Assembly: GCA_050261575.1 (NCBI GenBank)
Contig: JBLNDL010000050.1
Location: 1-64,000 of the forward strand
DNA length: 64,000 bases
DNA from: Sphingomonadaceae bacterium
GTDB taxonomy: Bacteria > Chloroflexota > UBA6077
Reading direction: 5' to 3'
Made by a program: the position numbers and the translations under genes. The notes beneath the pieces are model-generated. The model was not told the DNA's origin. It saw only the letters and a list, made by a program, of their open reading frames with translations, and ran no database searches. Shown one piece after another: positions 11,401 to 20,549 of the stretch (position 1 is its first letter; every line of letters starts with the position of its first letter).

Positions 11401-11821
11401 CCCGCAGCAGCTCCATCTTGGACTTCTCGATCTGGGCAGCCTGGGGAGCGGAGATGGCGGTGAGCAGCCGCGCGGCGGAGTCCAGCGCACGGTAGGTGTC
11501 GTCTGTGGAGAATGGCTCCTGATGCGCCCACCTGTTGCGCACCTCCCGCAGCTCGCTCACCAGGCTGCGCTCGGCATGTCCGAGGGTCTTGCGGAACACC
11601 GCGTTCCACTGCTCCCACATCATCCTGAGGAGGGCGGCGACGTCCAGCTTCGGGGTATCGTCCTCCTCGGACCAAGCCACGTCGTTGGTCCAGTTGGCCG
11701 TGGTGGCGGTGATCCAGTACTTGCCGTGCTGCTCTTGCAGCTCTCGCTCCACGAATGGGTACAACCCTTCCTTCAGAAGGCCGAGGGCTGCGCCGACGCG
11801 GTCGTGATTGGTGGTAGCCAT
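8447..11821 (-). CDS. DUF499-family AAA+ ATPase with N-terminal Swt1-like HEPN domain
   Basis: N-terminal ELREVRNRWAH (Rx4H); KPWREVVSPHPDV, EFAADL, Walker A TNFGGGKTH, LILIDEW, YPIHPE, FQRTRGVLR. Confidence 0.88.
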   Translation of the reverse strand: MATTNHDRVGAALGLLKEGLYPFVERELQEQHGKYWITATTANWTNDVAWSEEDDTPKLDVAALLRMMWEQWNAVFRKTLGHAERSLVSELREVRNRWAHQEPFSTDDTYRALDSAARLLTAISAPQAAQIEKSKMELLRVRFDEQARAERRRSAGTVIESQATGGLKPWREVVSPHPDVASGRYQQAEFAADLWQVHLWEGTAEYRDPVEFYRRTYLTESLKRLLIGALLRLTGRGGDPVVQLQTNFGGGKTHSMLALYHLFSGVAPGDLPGLEGVLKEAEAPAALPKVNRVVLVGNRISPGNPSLKPDGTLVRTLWGELAWQLGGREAYERVQADDERATSPGDALRQLMNDYGPCLILIDEWVAYARQLHETSDLPAGDFETHFTFAQALTESARAAKNCLLVISLPASDAAGSPHTQADDVEVGGQRGRAALDRLRNAVGRVEASWRPASAEEGFEIVRQRLFEPLVEQWQFVARDAVARAFYDLYRTQHQEFPPECRDSEYEKRLRAAYPIHPELFDRLYTDWSTLVKFQRTRGVLRLMAAVIHSLWERGDRNPLILPANVAIDDPRVQSELTRYLSDNWVPVIEKDVDGPSALPLRLDSEVPNLGKYAATRRVARTIYLGSAPITTAANRGLEDRRVKLGCVMPGESPAIFGDALRRLSGSATYLYQDGARYWYSTQPTVTKLAEDRAEQLKRNPDKVAQELEKRLRADLRSTGDFGRVHPLPQSSADVPDDMNVRLVVLGLDHPYGRDKGCAAEIAANEILGSRGNVPRKYQNTLVFLAVDSTRLQDLDEAVRRYLAWESILGEREALNLDPHQVKQAEMQLKAADGTVAARLPEAYQWLLVPVQTSTRDRVELQAFRLSGTDALAVRASKKLRNDELLVTSLAGTRLRMEMDNIPLWRGDHVAVQQLAEDFARYIYLPRLSGPEVLAGAIRSGLGLLTWNPETFAYADSYDETTARYRGLRCGEPIQISGTSLSGLLVRPEVAARQREADAAEAARRTDTPPDSPGGSTGTSVGTWGNGKLGKETAGGDDTGALPRPALPKRYHGTVTLDSTRTGRDAGRIADEVISHLVGLPGSRVKVTLEIEADVPGGVPENVVRIVTENGRTLGFTSQGFETE

Positions 11822-11934
11822 CTCTACTCTTCCTCCCTAGGCTTCCCAGGGTGTTGCCTTGGGCTGACATAGGGCGCTCCTTCGGGGCTAAAGAACCGCC
11901 GAATCTCGAAGAAGCAGCAGCCCAGCCCTTCTCG

Positions 11935-14805
11935 TCAGAGCAACTGGGCTTGCGAGGGGTGAACGGCTTCGCCCTCGCGCGCAAGTCGGATTATCTCGGG
12001 CCAACTGATTGCCAGGCTGTTGTAGGATAGCGCCTCCTTCGCCCACTTCCGGCGCTCGCAGATCGTGTAGAGCCGGTAGGCCAGGTCGCGCGCGCTCTCC
12101 GCCCGGCTCCCCAGCCTGGAGACCAGCTCCGCCGCACCGTCCTCGCCGTGCTGTTCCAGCGCCCGGATCAGGTGGTGCGCCGTCTCCCACACCGTCAGAC
12201 GCTTCTTTGAATCGGGGTCCCAGTCTTGGGGGAGCTCCGAGGGGCGGAACAGCCGAACCTTGCCGGCTCTCGATGTGAGTATGCCGGCCTCCGACATGGT
12301 CTCGACGCTGGTGTTCTTCGCCTTGGTGAGCGTCTCAGCGACACCGAACTCACCTGTGTCGAAGGCGTAGCTCTCGAACCAGGCCAATGCCCAGCGGGTT
12401 TCGGCGTCGAACTCGCCCTCCTGTTCGGCGAGCACCTCGTCGAGAGTCTGATTGATGAGCGCGAGTGCGTCTCGCACAGAGAGCGGTTTGCCCTCGGCGT
12501 CGAGCACACGGCTGTAGCGGGTGTAGACCGCCATGCCCGGGCCGATGGCCGCCTGCGCTAGGTCCACAGGTGCAATGTTGCCCTCTTGCAGGTGAGCGAG
12601 GGCGATGGGTAGCTCGGCTTTGAGCGCGGAGATGAACTCACGGCGTGTGGCGGTTGGATAATCACCTAAACGAGGTCGGCATACAAGGATAATGCTAGAG
12701 GCAAGCGCGTTGCGCTTTGTCTTGAGGTTGCTGGTGTACTCGGTTCGCATAGGCCAAGTGCCGCTTACTCCGAAGCCAGCGCGAGTGGCCGCATCTAAGA
12801 AGGTCTCCCACCCAGTACTGGCAGTTCCCAAATCGTCTTCGGTCTTGGACTGTCTGAAGGCGTAGTAGATGGTGACTGGGAACGTAGGGTGCACCTGCTC
12901 AGCAAGGCGCTGCATTGCTTTGCCCATTCTTTCAAGGAAGAAAGCACCTGCCTCCTCCTTGTTCTCGTGACGATAAGCGAACGCGACAATCTCTTCAGCT
13001 TTGGGTACAGCGAGAGTGGCAAAAAGGTCAGGGAATATTGGTTTCAGAGTGCGACGAAGCCAAATATAGAAGAAGTCAGAAAGATCCGCATAAGGAACGT
13101 TGTCGAAGTATGGTGGATCCGTCGAGATTACTTTACCGTAACTAAGGTCCTGTCTTGTTGCATCCAGTTGGCGAGCTTGGCCTTCCTCACACGAAGGCAG
13201 ACTCCACAGAGCGTTGGTCAAATACTCGACCTGCCCTGTGAAGCTGCCAGACGACTCACTGAAGGGGTTGCCTTCTACATAATCCCAAGTCATGGAAAGA
13301 GCTTGTCGCGCAAAGACCTGCTGAACGTTCTCGCCGAGAGGGTCCCAGAAGTTGAGCGTGGCTGAACGATTCGCTTGGCGGCTTACGCACATTCCCAAAT
13401 ACATCGTCAGCGCATCAGCATATTCGGAAGTTGACAGGTCATTTCTTCTGGATTCACGTCCATCCGCAGAGAAACCGAAGTCGATGGCATCCTTCCTTAC
13501 TTGCTCGCGCGCATCTTGAACGAGATCTGACAAGGTAGTTAATGCCATTAGCTGACGATTCGTAAATAATTGTGAGAACTTCTCTATTCCATAAGGCTTA
13601 ACACCGATGTACTGGGTGCTGCCCGAAATCTCAACATCCGGTACCCAGCTCGGCTTGTCCTGCTTCACCATGCCTTCCATGGCATCGGGCGGCGATAAAT
13701 AGATTCTGCCTCGCTGACCCGCGGCGGCGATCGCCATTAACCGCGTTCCCATGCGTCCTGCCTTTCCCTCGGCCTTGATGTAGTCACCGGATATCGGAAT
13801 GTCGGACATCAAGCATCTAAAGTTGGCCCCACTTAGCTTGGTGCCGTTCTTTGCGGCTTCAGGGTCCTTCGGCTTGCCCACCTTCACAGTGAACCGATAG
13901 CTATCCCCCTCGATCACCGGCTCTACGTACGCTTCCTTGCCCGGCTTCGTGGAGAGCATGAAGGTGGAGGCGAGCGGGACGTCGACATGAGCGAAGGCGG
14001 GGTTCGGGCTCTTCACCGTCCGCGCCCAGAGCCAGGCGATCACCGTGAGCTTCTTCCCTACATACGGCTTCAGGTCCGGCCGCTCCCGCGCCATCTCCTC
14101 CGTGACCTCGGCCTTGGGATAGAGATGGCCGATCCGCTTCTCCGCCTCGTCGCGCATCCACCTCCCGTAGTAGCGGACGTCCTCGGCTAGCCCCTGGGCT
14201 CCGCGCCACTCCCGCTCCATCAGTCGCTTCTCCTTGCGTGCCTCGGGGTTCACCGGCGGCCGCCCCGCGAACTTGGGCGGGATCTCTATCATCGCCTTAT
14301 TGATCAGCACCGCCACGGGGTTAAGGTCGCTGGCATAGGACTCTAAACCGAGCCGCTGTGCCTCGAGGGGCAGCGACCCACCGCCGGCAAATGGGTCGTG
14401 GAAGGCGGGCAGCTTCTCCGGGTTGAATAGCTCCTTCGCGCGGGGGTGGTCGGCGTTGTCCATGCAAGCCCGGCGCCAACTCTTCCAGATCTCATCTCGC
14501 GCCCTCTGGAGCACCTCATCGTTGGTGGTGTTCTCCCATTTCACCAGCTCCTCGATAATGCGGAACAGCCGCTGCCTCTCCCTCTCCTGCTCATCTTCAG
14601 TGGGGAACTCTTCCGGGCAGCTCGACGGGTCGTCCACCATCTGGGCGAAGATCACCGCACGCGCAGCCGCCAACGGCCGCCTCGCCCACCAGAGGTGCAG
14701 GGTGCTGGGGTGGCCGTGGCGGATCGACTTCTCCCGCGCCGAGGCCTCGTTGATCGCCTTCAGCGGCAGTGCGACCTCGATAAGCTTCTTCCTCGTAACA
14801 GTCAT
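11935..14805 (-). CDS. DUF1156-family DNA adenine methyltransferase
   Basis: KKLIEVALPL, LHLWWARRPLAAAR, motif I DPFAGGGS, motif IV TDPPY; AAGGAG upstream of ATG 14805. Confidence 0.9.
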   Translation of the reverse strand: MTVTRKKLIEVALPLKAINEASAREKSIRHGHPSTLHLWWARRPLAAARAVIFAQMVDDPSSCPEEFPTEDEQERERQRLFRIIEELVKWENTTNDEVLQRARDEIWKSWRRACMDNADHPRAKELFNPEKLPAFHDPFAGGGSLPLEAQRLGLESYASDLNPVAVLINKAMIEIPPKFAGRPPVNPEARKEKRLMEREWRGAQGLAEDVRYYGRWMRDEAEKRIGHLYPKAEVTEEMARERPDLKPYVGKKLTVIAWLWARTVKSPNPAFAHVDVPLASTFMLSTKPGKEAYVEPVIEGDSYRFTVKVGKPKDPEAAKNGTKLSGANFRCLMSDIPISGDYIKAEGKAGRMGTRLMAIAAAGQRGRIYLSPPDAMEGMVKQDKPSWVPDVEISGSTQYIGVKPYGIEKFSQLFTNRQLMALTTLSDLVQDAREQVRKDAIDFGFSADGRESRRNDLSTSEYADALTMYLGMCVSRQANRSATLNFWDPLGENVQQVFARQALSMTWDYVEGNPFSESSGSFTGQVEYLTNALWSLPSCEEGQARQLDATRQDLSYGKVISTDPPYFDNVPYADLSDFFYIWLRRTLKPIFPDLFATLAVPKAEEIVAFAYRHENKEEAGAFFLERMGKAMQRLAEQVHPTFPVTIYYAFRQSKTEDDLGTASTGWETFLDAATRAGFGVSGTWPMRTEYTSNLKTKRNALASSIILVCRPRLGDYPTATRREFISALKAELPIALAHLQEGNIAPVDLAQAAIGPGMAVYTRYSRVLDAEGKPLSVRDALALINQTLDEVLAEQEGEFDAETRWALAWFESYAFDTGEFGVAETLTKAKNTSVETMSEAGILTSRAGKVRLFRPSELPQDWDPDSKKRLTVWETAHHLIRALEQHGEDGAAELVSRLGSRAESARDLAYRLYTICERRKWAKEALSYNSLAISWPEIIRLAREGEAVHPSQAQLL

Positions 14806-15010
14806 TCGTACTCCTTGGGCTCCCGGGTACTGGCCCAGCTCCGGTGGATGAATGTCGGACGTTTCGGAACACAGATGGATGATGGATCCCCTCGCCGGCA
14901 TCTACAGAAATGGCTGGGTTTTGCGCCGAGACCGGGCGACTATTGCGCCGAATTGCGCTTTAGGAGAGTTGGGAACAAAGAAGCCGCCCCACGATCACAC
15001 AGCCATTTCG

Positions 15011-16930
15011 TCACGGCGAGGCGGTCTTCGCCACGTACTTCTGATGAGGGTGCCGGGGCTGCCCGGGATAGAGATAGGTGAGCCGACCAGAGGCAACGAG
15101 TGCGTTCACAGCTCTCCTGATATGCTCACGGCTGCGCTCCAATACCTCGCTCAGTTCCTGAACCGAAAGCGGGACACGGCCACACAGCGCGACGATAACG
15201 TCATCCAGAGTCTCGGGCCTCAAGCGCCGGTGAGCCCTCGCCGGTCCTGCGATGTCGAGCAACTCCCGCCGCAGGGCCTGGGCACCGCCTCCGCTATCCC
15301 CTATGCCCCGGCCGCTATCCCCCAAGCTTTCGCCCTTATCCCCCAAGCTCTGTCCCTTATCCCCCAAGTCGGTCTCGGCGAGCACTGCCACCAGAGCCTG
15401 ATCGCCCTGTCGGGCAGTGACACCTATGTCAGAGGTCGAGCCTGGCTGAGCCTTGGGACCCAGTTCGTATCGAGCACCCCGCCCCGCCCCGATGATCTGC
15501 AGCAGTCCACGATCGCGTAGGTTACCCAGTACCCTGGTCGCGTCCGCAGGATGCTGTCCGGTAAGGCTCCGAAGGCCGACGTTGTCCACGTAACCCTCGT
15601 GTTTAGCCATAACGAGCGCCAACTGTTCAGCCTCGCTCCACCCCCCGCCTATGGCGTGCAGCCAGCCTCTATCCTCCTCAGACAGCATATGTGCGTGGCG
15701 AAGTTGCAGGCTGAACTCGTAACGCTCCGTGCCCACCTCGACTGAAGGCATGCGAAAGCCTAGATCACGCCACGCCCTGACGATCCTGGACATCCCGCTG
15801 CCGGCCTCCTCGGCCAACCCAATAAACCGGAACATTCTCACTAGGTGGGGATTGCGAGGATCGGACCGGTCTCCTGTGAACAGGTCGATCTCGGATACCC
15901 GCGAGCTTCCGGGATTACGAAACAGGTACCCGTCCGGCGAACGCTTGACGAGGGAGGTCTGAGGCTCGGCATAGTCGGCATGAACCAGAAGGTTCACGAG
16001 AGCTTCACGGAGAGCGACATGCGCCGGCCCCTCGTCAATCCTGACGCCTCCCTCCAAGCGGAAGGGCACCTGTTGCCCCTCCACCAGGCGAGGGTAGATG
16101 GCATCAAAAGCGCCGAGAAGATTGCCTTCCCACACTACTCGGTCATCCCAACGAGTCTGGATAATCTCATCCTCTGAGACCAGCCGGTAATCGATAAGGT
16201 GACGAGTTCGCCAGGCAAGTATCGACTCCGGCCTACCGAACATGAGCAGTCCGGCAACGGTTATTCCTTCCTCGCCGGTTTCCTTGTGCCTTGCGAACCC
16301 TCCTATGGTCTGAAGAAAGCGTTGGTCATCGTAGTCGTTCCATGGGTTCCCAGGATTTCGCGTTTGGAAGCGCCGCCTGTAGCGAGCAAGCGTCTCCAGC
16401 TCCAGGTCATCCCAACCATAGCCCTTCAGAATGGTGGAATCGGCCGCAACGTCCGACGCCTCGCGCATCATGCGGTCAACCTCCGGTTTCGTGCAGTGGT
16501 AGTCGCCGGAGTGTCTGCGCACGTAGGTGCCGTCGTAAGGGTTGCCACCGATATATACGGGCCGCATCCTCCTCGGCGCTGCAGGTATCCTCAGCACGAT
16601 CACCTGCTTGTTGCCAAGCGACTCTATCGTGCTGTCGTTCGCCCCGCAGACCTCACAACTGATCCTCTGTCGATTTCGCATTTGATCGTGGATGGACTTG
16701 AGCATACCGGATGGGTTTGCTACACCTCCAACCGTAAACTTGCCCTCCAGTTCATCCACACCAAGAACGATCCATCCGCCGCTGGTGTTGGCGAAGGCAC
16801 TCACTGTGGGCCAAAGGTCTCTGGGTATGCCTCCCTTCGCCGACTTGAACTCCAGCTCCAGGGACTCGCGCCCCTCAAGCCTCTCCATGAGGGTGGCCAG
16901 CAGAGATGGTATGGCACCAACCACGTTCAC
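15011..16930 (-). CDS. Schlafen/AlbA_2 domain + HATPase_c_4 (RecG C-terminal-like) + wHTH protein
   Basis: ESLELEFK, SAFANTSGGWIVLGVDE; ALREALVNLLVHADY, NPG, PRNP, EEAGSG; C-terminal HTH regions. GTG 16930 follows GAGG; 16954 is an alternative start. Confidence 0.82.
   Translation of the reverse strand: MNVVGAIPSLLATLMERLEGRESLELEFKSAKGGIPRDLWPTVSAFANTSGGWIVLGVDELEGKFTVGGVANPSGMLKSIHDQMRNRQRISCEVCGANDSTIESLGNKQVIVLRIPAAPRRMRPVYIGGNPYDGTYVRRHSGDYHCTKPEVDRMMREASDVAADSTILKGYGWDDLELETLARYRRRFQTRNPGNPWNDYDDQRFLQTIGGFARHKETGEEGITVAGLLMFGRPESILAWRTRHLIDYRLVSEDEIIQTRWDDRVVWEGNLLGAFDAIYPRLVEGQQVPFRLEGGVRIDEGPAHVALREALVNLLVHADYAEPQTSLVKRSPDGYLFRNPGSSRVSEIDLFTGDRSDPRNPHLVRMFRFIGLAEEAGSGMSRIVRAWRDLGFRMPSVEVGTERYEFSLQLRHAHMLSEEDRGWLHAIGGGWSEAEQLALVMAKHEGYVDNVGLRSLTGQHPADATRVLGNLRDRGLLQIIGAGRGARYELGPKAQPGSTSDIGVTARQGDQALVAVLAETDLGDKGQSLGDKGESLGDSGRGIGDSGGGAQALRRELLDIAGPARAHRRLRPETLDDVIVALCGRVPLSVQELSEVLERSREHIRRAVNALVASGRLTYLYPGQPRHPHQKYVAKTASP
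15293..15368. repeat. 21-bp in-frame tandem repeat (about 3.6 units)
   Basis: gctatcccctatgccccggcc/gctatcccccaagctttcgcc/cttatcccccaagctctgtcc/cttatcccccaag; encodes LGDKGQS-like heptads. Confidence 0.8.
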
Positions 16931-16979
16931 TGAGACACCTCTTCCTCGATGCACGATAGAGGGCGATCCTCTGTGGCCA

Positions 16980-19900
16980 TTATGCCGGCTCCTCCGCTCG
17001 CGCCAGCAACTCGGCCAGGTCGTAGTTCACGCTGGTCACCCCGAAATCAGGCTCGCGCTGGAAAGGCCGGCGCAGGTAGCGCACTCGGTGCGTGCCCTCA
17101 CCGAACTCGACAATAGCGAGAATGAAATCCTCGGGCTTGTTCAGCGAGAAGAGCACCTCGTTCCGGGTGACGGTGATCGTGTCGGCCCCGGCCACGCGCC
17201 CCTTTACCTCTATGAAACGCAATCTGCCGGTGCCAGGCACGCGGCTTTCGATGTCGTAACCCAGCTTCTCGGCCTCGCGATCTAGCGGCTCGTAGCCGAG
17301 CGCTCGCTCCGTCGCCATCACGATCTCACGAGCCCTCGCGGCCGACTCCTGGGTGTCTACCGATGGACTCGGTGGCTGTTGTGGCTTACCCATCATCTTC
17401 GCGATCAGCCCCGCCGGCACCACCAGCATCCCACCCAGCACCACAGGCGGCAGTGGCGAGATCTGTCGCTCCAGCTTCAGCTCCTCCATCCGCTTCTCCA
17501 GCCGCGCCTGCAGGGCATCGGCTCGCCTGCGCGCCTCTCCCGAGTTGAGCCGATCGCCCACCTTGCCCGTTCGCTCCTGGAGCTTGAGCTGCTCGGCCCG
17601 GTAGTCCCAGTAGCTGATCTCCTTGGTTAGCCGATCCTTCACCGCCGCCTCGGTCTTCGCCACCAACTCCAGCTTCCGGCTGCGCACCTCGGCGAGGTGC
17701 TCCGGCACCACCGTTGCCACAGCGTGAGCCCTCGCCTTCTCCTCCAGATCGCGGCTTATCCAGCCGCACTCTGGCCGGGCCAGGATCTCCTCGACGCTGG
17801 GCTCGTCCTCGGCGAGAGGCCGGTAGTCCAGGTAGGGAGCGTAGTGCAGGTGGCGGGCGTTGCCGGCCCCGTCCAACTCCACGTACAGCATCCGCTGCGA
17901 TACGACACGCCGGTCGCCCGAACGGGTGAGGCTCGCGTCCTGAATCGCGTGCTCCAGGTAGAACACCACTCGGGGATCGACTCCGGGGTCTCGATCGTCC
18001 ACCAGCACCGCGCCCCGGCGCAGCAGGTCGCGGTGGCGCTCCAAGGTGAGGTCGAGGGTGGCATCCAGAAGGGGATGCCCCGGACAGACGAACGCGGCGA
18101 GGGGCTGGCCTTGCGGCGCGACCAGCGACTTCTCGAATGCGATCCGCTCGTATCTCGGCAGCACCGGCTCACCTAGACCGATCAAACGGTCCCGCTGGCG
18201 GACAGGGGCAGGGACGTGGGTGACTTCGTATCGGCGGGGCTCGCGCTGTCTAACCACGCCGCCCAACCGCTGAAGAGCCTCAAGGAAGAAGGACTCGATG
18301 TAGTGCGGCTGTAGGCGCCGGGCTTCGGCCCGCTCCATCTCCTCGCGGACCCGGCGGACCCGGCTCGCGTCCATAGCGTCCTGCACGAGCGCACGCTGCT
18401 CCAGCAGCTCCTGAAGATGGTCGCGGTCGAACGCGTTGGACACGACCTGCGTGAGTCGCGCCCGCACCTCGGGCTGCTCCCCGTAGCGGATCGCTTCGAT
18501 CAGCAGCTCGCGCAGCGGCTTGCCCTCAAACTGGATCCTGCCAAGAACGTCGAAGACCTGCCCGCCTAGCGCCTCTCGCGCCTGCTCAAGCTTGTCAAGC
18601 AGGGTCCGGTACACGTCGCCCTCGCGCGTCTCCTCGGCCACCAGGTTCCACAGGTGGCACACCTCAGTCTGCCCGATCCGGTGGATTCGGCCGAAGCGCT
18701 GTTCGATCCGGTTGGGGTTCCAGGGAAGGTCGTAGTTCACCATCAGGTGGGCTCGCTGGAGGTTGATGCCCTCACCTGCGGCGTCGGTGGCGACCAGCAC
18801 CTGCACCTCGGGGTCGTGCTTGAACGCCTCCTGCGCCTTCATCCGCTCTTCACGCCCCATACCGCCATGGATGGTCACGACGGCCTCGGATCGGCCGAGA
18901 AGGGTGCTGATGCGGGTAGCCAGGTAGTTCAGGGTGTCGCGGTGCTCGGTGAAGATGACCAGCTTCTGGTGGGGCGATGGCGTCGGGCGTGGGATGGGGC
19001 CGGCACCGTAGGGGGCCTTATCCTCGGAAATGCGCCCTGAGAGCGCCGCCGGGGTGAAGATCTCCCCCAACAGACTCGCCAGCTCGATCCATTTCCGGTC
19101 AACCCCGCTTCGGCGCACAGATAGCGCGAGCGCGCTCAGCCGCTTGAGCGTCTGGATCTCCGCCTTAAGCTCGGCGATGGTCCTCGCGGCTGTAGCCTGG
19201 TCGAGGATCTCCTGCTCTGCGGCCTCCACCTCGTTGTCGGGCGCGTCCTCCAGCTCCTCCACATCCTCGGGGTCGAAGTGGAGCATCGCCGGGATCTCGA
19301 GTGCGGCCCCACGCTGGAGCAGCTCCAGTTCACGCAACCGGCTTTCCAGGCGCTCTGTGCGGCGGCGCAGCGACTGGTAGATCGCCTCGGGCGATGAAGC
19401 CAGGCGGCGCTGCAGGATTGTGAGGGCAAAGCCGACGGTGCCGGCCCGCTTGTCGTTCCTCAGAGCTTCAGCCCGGTTGAACTCCTCACGCACGTACTCT
19501 GTGACCGCCTTGTACAGCCGTGCCTCAACGTCGGAGAGCCTGTACGGGACTGTGTAAGCGATCCGCTCGGGGAAGAGGGGCGTCCCATCGAACTTGAGCA
19601 GCTTCTCCTTGACCATCCGGCGCATCAGGTCCGACACCTCGACGGTGTGGACGCCGTCGCGGAAGCGGCCCTCGAAGCGGTCGCCGTCCAGCAGCGCCAT
19701 GAAGAGCTGGAAGTCCTCCTCCTTGCCGCTGTGGGGGGTTGCGGTCATCAGGAGGAAGTGGCGCGTCAATGTCGAGAGTAGTTGGCCGAGCTTGTACCGT
19801 TTGGTGTACTTGACCTCACCCCCGAAGAAGGTGGCGGACATCTTGTGCGCCTCGTCACACACGACGAGGTCCCAGCGGCAGTCAGGTGCTCTAAGCTTAT

Positions 19901-20549
19901 CCTGGACGGCTTCGTCGCGCGAGAGCTTGTCCAGCCTGGCAATGACTAGGTTGGTTTCCAGGAACCAGTTGCCGGTGCGCGCGGCCTCCAGCTTGTCGTT
20001 GGTGAGGATCTCGAATGGGAGGTGGAAGCGGCGGTACAGCTCGCCCTGCCACTGCTCCACCAGGCTGCCGGGGCAAACGACCAGACAGCGCTGCAGGTCG
20101 CCTCGAGCGATCAGCTCCTTCATCAGGAGTCCCGCCATGATCGTCTTGCCGCTGCCCGGATCGTCTGCCAGCAGGAAGCGCAGCGGCTGGCGCGGCAGCA
20201 TCGCCTCGTACACCGCCGTGATCTGGTGGGGCAGCGGCTCCACGACCGAGGTGTGGACTGCGAGTACCGGATCGAACAGGTGTGCCAGCCGAATGCGATG
20301 GGCTTCGGATACCAGCCGGAATGTGGCGCCGTCGCCGTCGAAGCTCCAGGGGCGGCCGTGCTCCACGACCTCCAGCCGGGGCTCGTCGTGGCGGTAGAGC
20401 AACTCGTTGGCCACCTTGCCCGTGGCGGTCTTGTAGGTGAGCTCCAGGGCCTCGGAGCCAAACCACTGCACGGATACCACGGTGACCAGCCCGTCCGGCA
20501 GAATACCGCGCACGGCTGCGTGGGGCTGGAGTTCCTCGAGCTTGCTCAT
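16980..20549 (-). CDS. SNF2-family helicase with C-terminal DUF3883 PD-(D/E)xK nuclease
   Basis: LLADDPGSGKT, DEAH, MTATP, TDAAGEGINLQ, YDLPWNPNRIEQRFGRIHRIGQ; C-terminal GYDIES...FIEVKG. Confidence 0.92.
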   Translation of the reverse strand: MSKLEELQPHAAVRGILPDGLVTVVSVQWFGSEALELTYKTATGKVANELLYRHDEPRLEVVEHGRPWSFDGDGATFRLVSEAHRIRLAHLFDPVLAVHTSVVEPLPHQITAVYEAMLPRQPLRFLLADDPGSGKTIMAGLLMKELIARGDLQRCLVVCPGSLVEQWQGELYRRFHLPFEILTNDKLEAARTGNWFLETNLVIARLDKLSRDEAVQDKLRAPDCRWDLVVCDEAHKMSATFFGGEVKYTKRYKLGQLLSTLTRHFLLMTATPHSGKEEDFQLFMALLDGDRFEGRFRDGVHTVEVSDLMRRMVKEKLLKFDGTPLFPERIAYTVPYRLSDVEARLYKAVTEYVREEFNRAEALRNDKRAGTVGFALTILQRRLASSPEAIYQSLRRRTERLESRLRELELLQRGAALEIPAMLHFDPEDVEELEDAPDNEVEAAEQEILDQATAARTIAELKAEIQTLKRLSALALSVRRSGVDRKWIELASLLGEIFTPAALSGRISEDKAPYGAGPIPRPTPSPHQKLVIFTEHRDTLNYLATRISTLLGRSEAVVTIHGGMGREERMKAQEAFKHDPEVQVLVATDAAGEGINLQRAHLMVNYDLPWNPNRIEQRFGRIHRIGQTEVCHLWNLVAEETREGDVYRTLLDKLEQAREALGGQVFDVLGRIQFEGKPLRELLIEAIRYGEQPEVRARLTQVVSNAFDRDHLQELLEQRALVQDAMDASRVRRVREEMERAEARRLQPHYIESFFLEALQRLGGVVRQREPRRYEVTHVPAPVRQRDRLIGLGEPVLPRYERIAFEKSLVAPQGQPLAAFVCPGHPLLDATLDLTLERHRDLLRRGAVLVDDRDPGVDPRVVFYLEHAIQDASLTRSGDRRVVSQRMLYVELDGAGNARHLHYAPYLDYRPLAEDEPSVEEILARPECGWISRDLEEKARAHAVATVVPEHLAEVRSRKLELVAKTEAAVKDRLTKEISYWDYRAEQLKLQERTGKVGDRLNSGEARRRADALQARLEKRMEELKLERQISPLPPVVLGGMLVVPAGLIAKMMGKPQQPPSPSVDTQESAARAREIVMATERALGYEPLDREAEKLGYDIESRVPGTGRLRFIEVKGRVAGADTITVTRNEVLFSLNKPEDFILAIVEFGEGTHRVRYLRRPFQREPDFGVTSVNYDLAELLARAEEPA

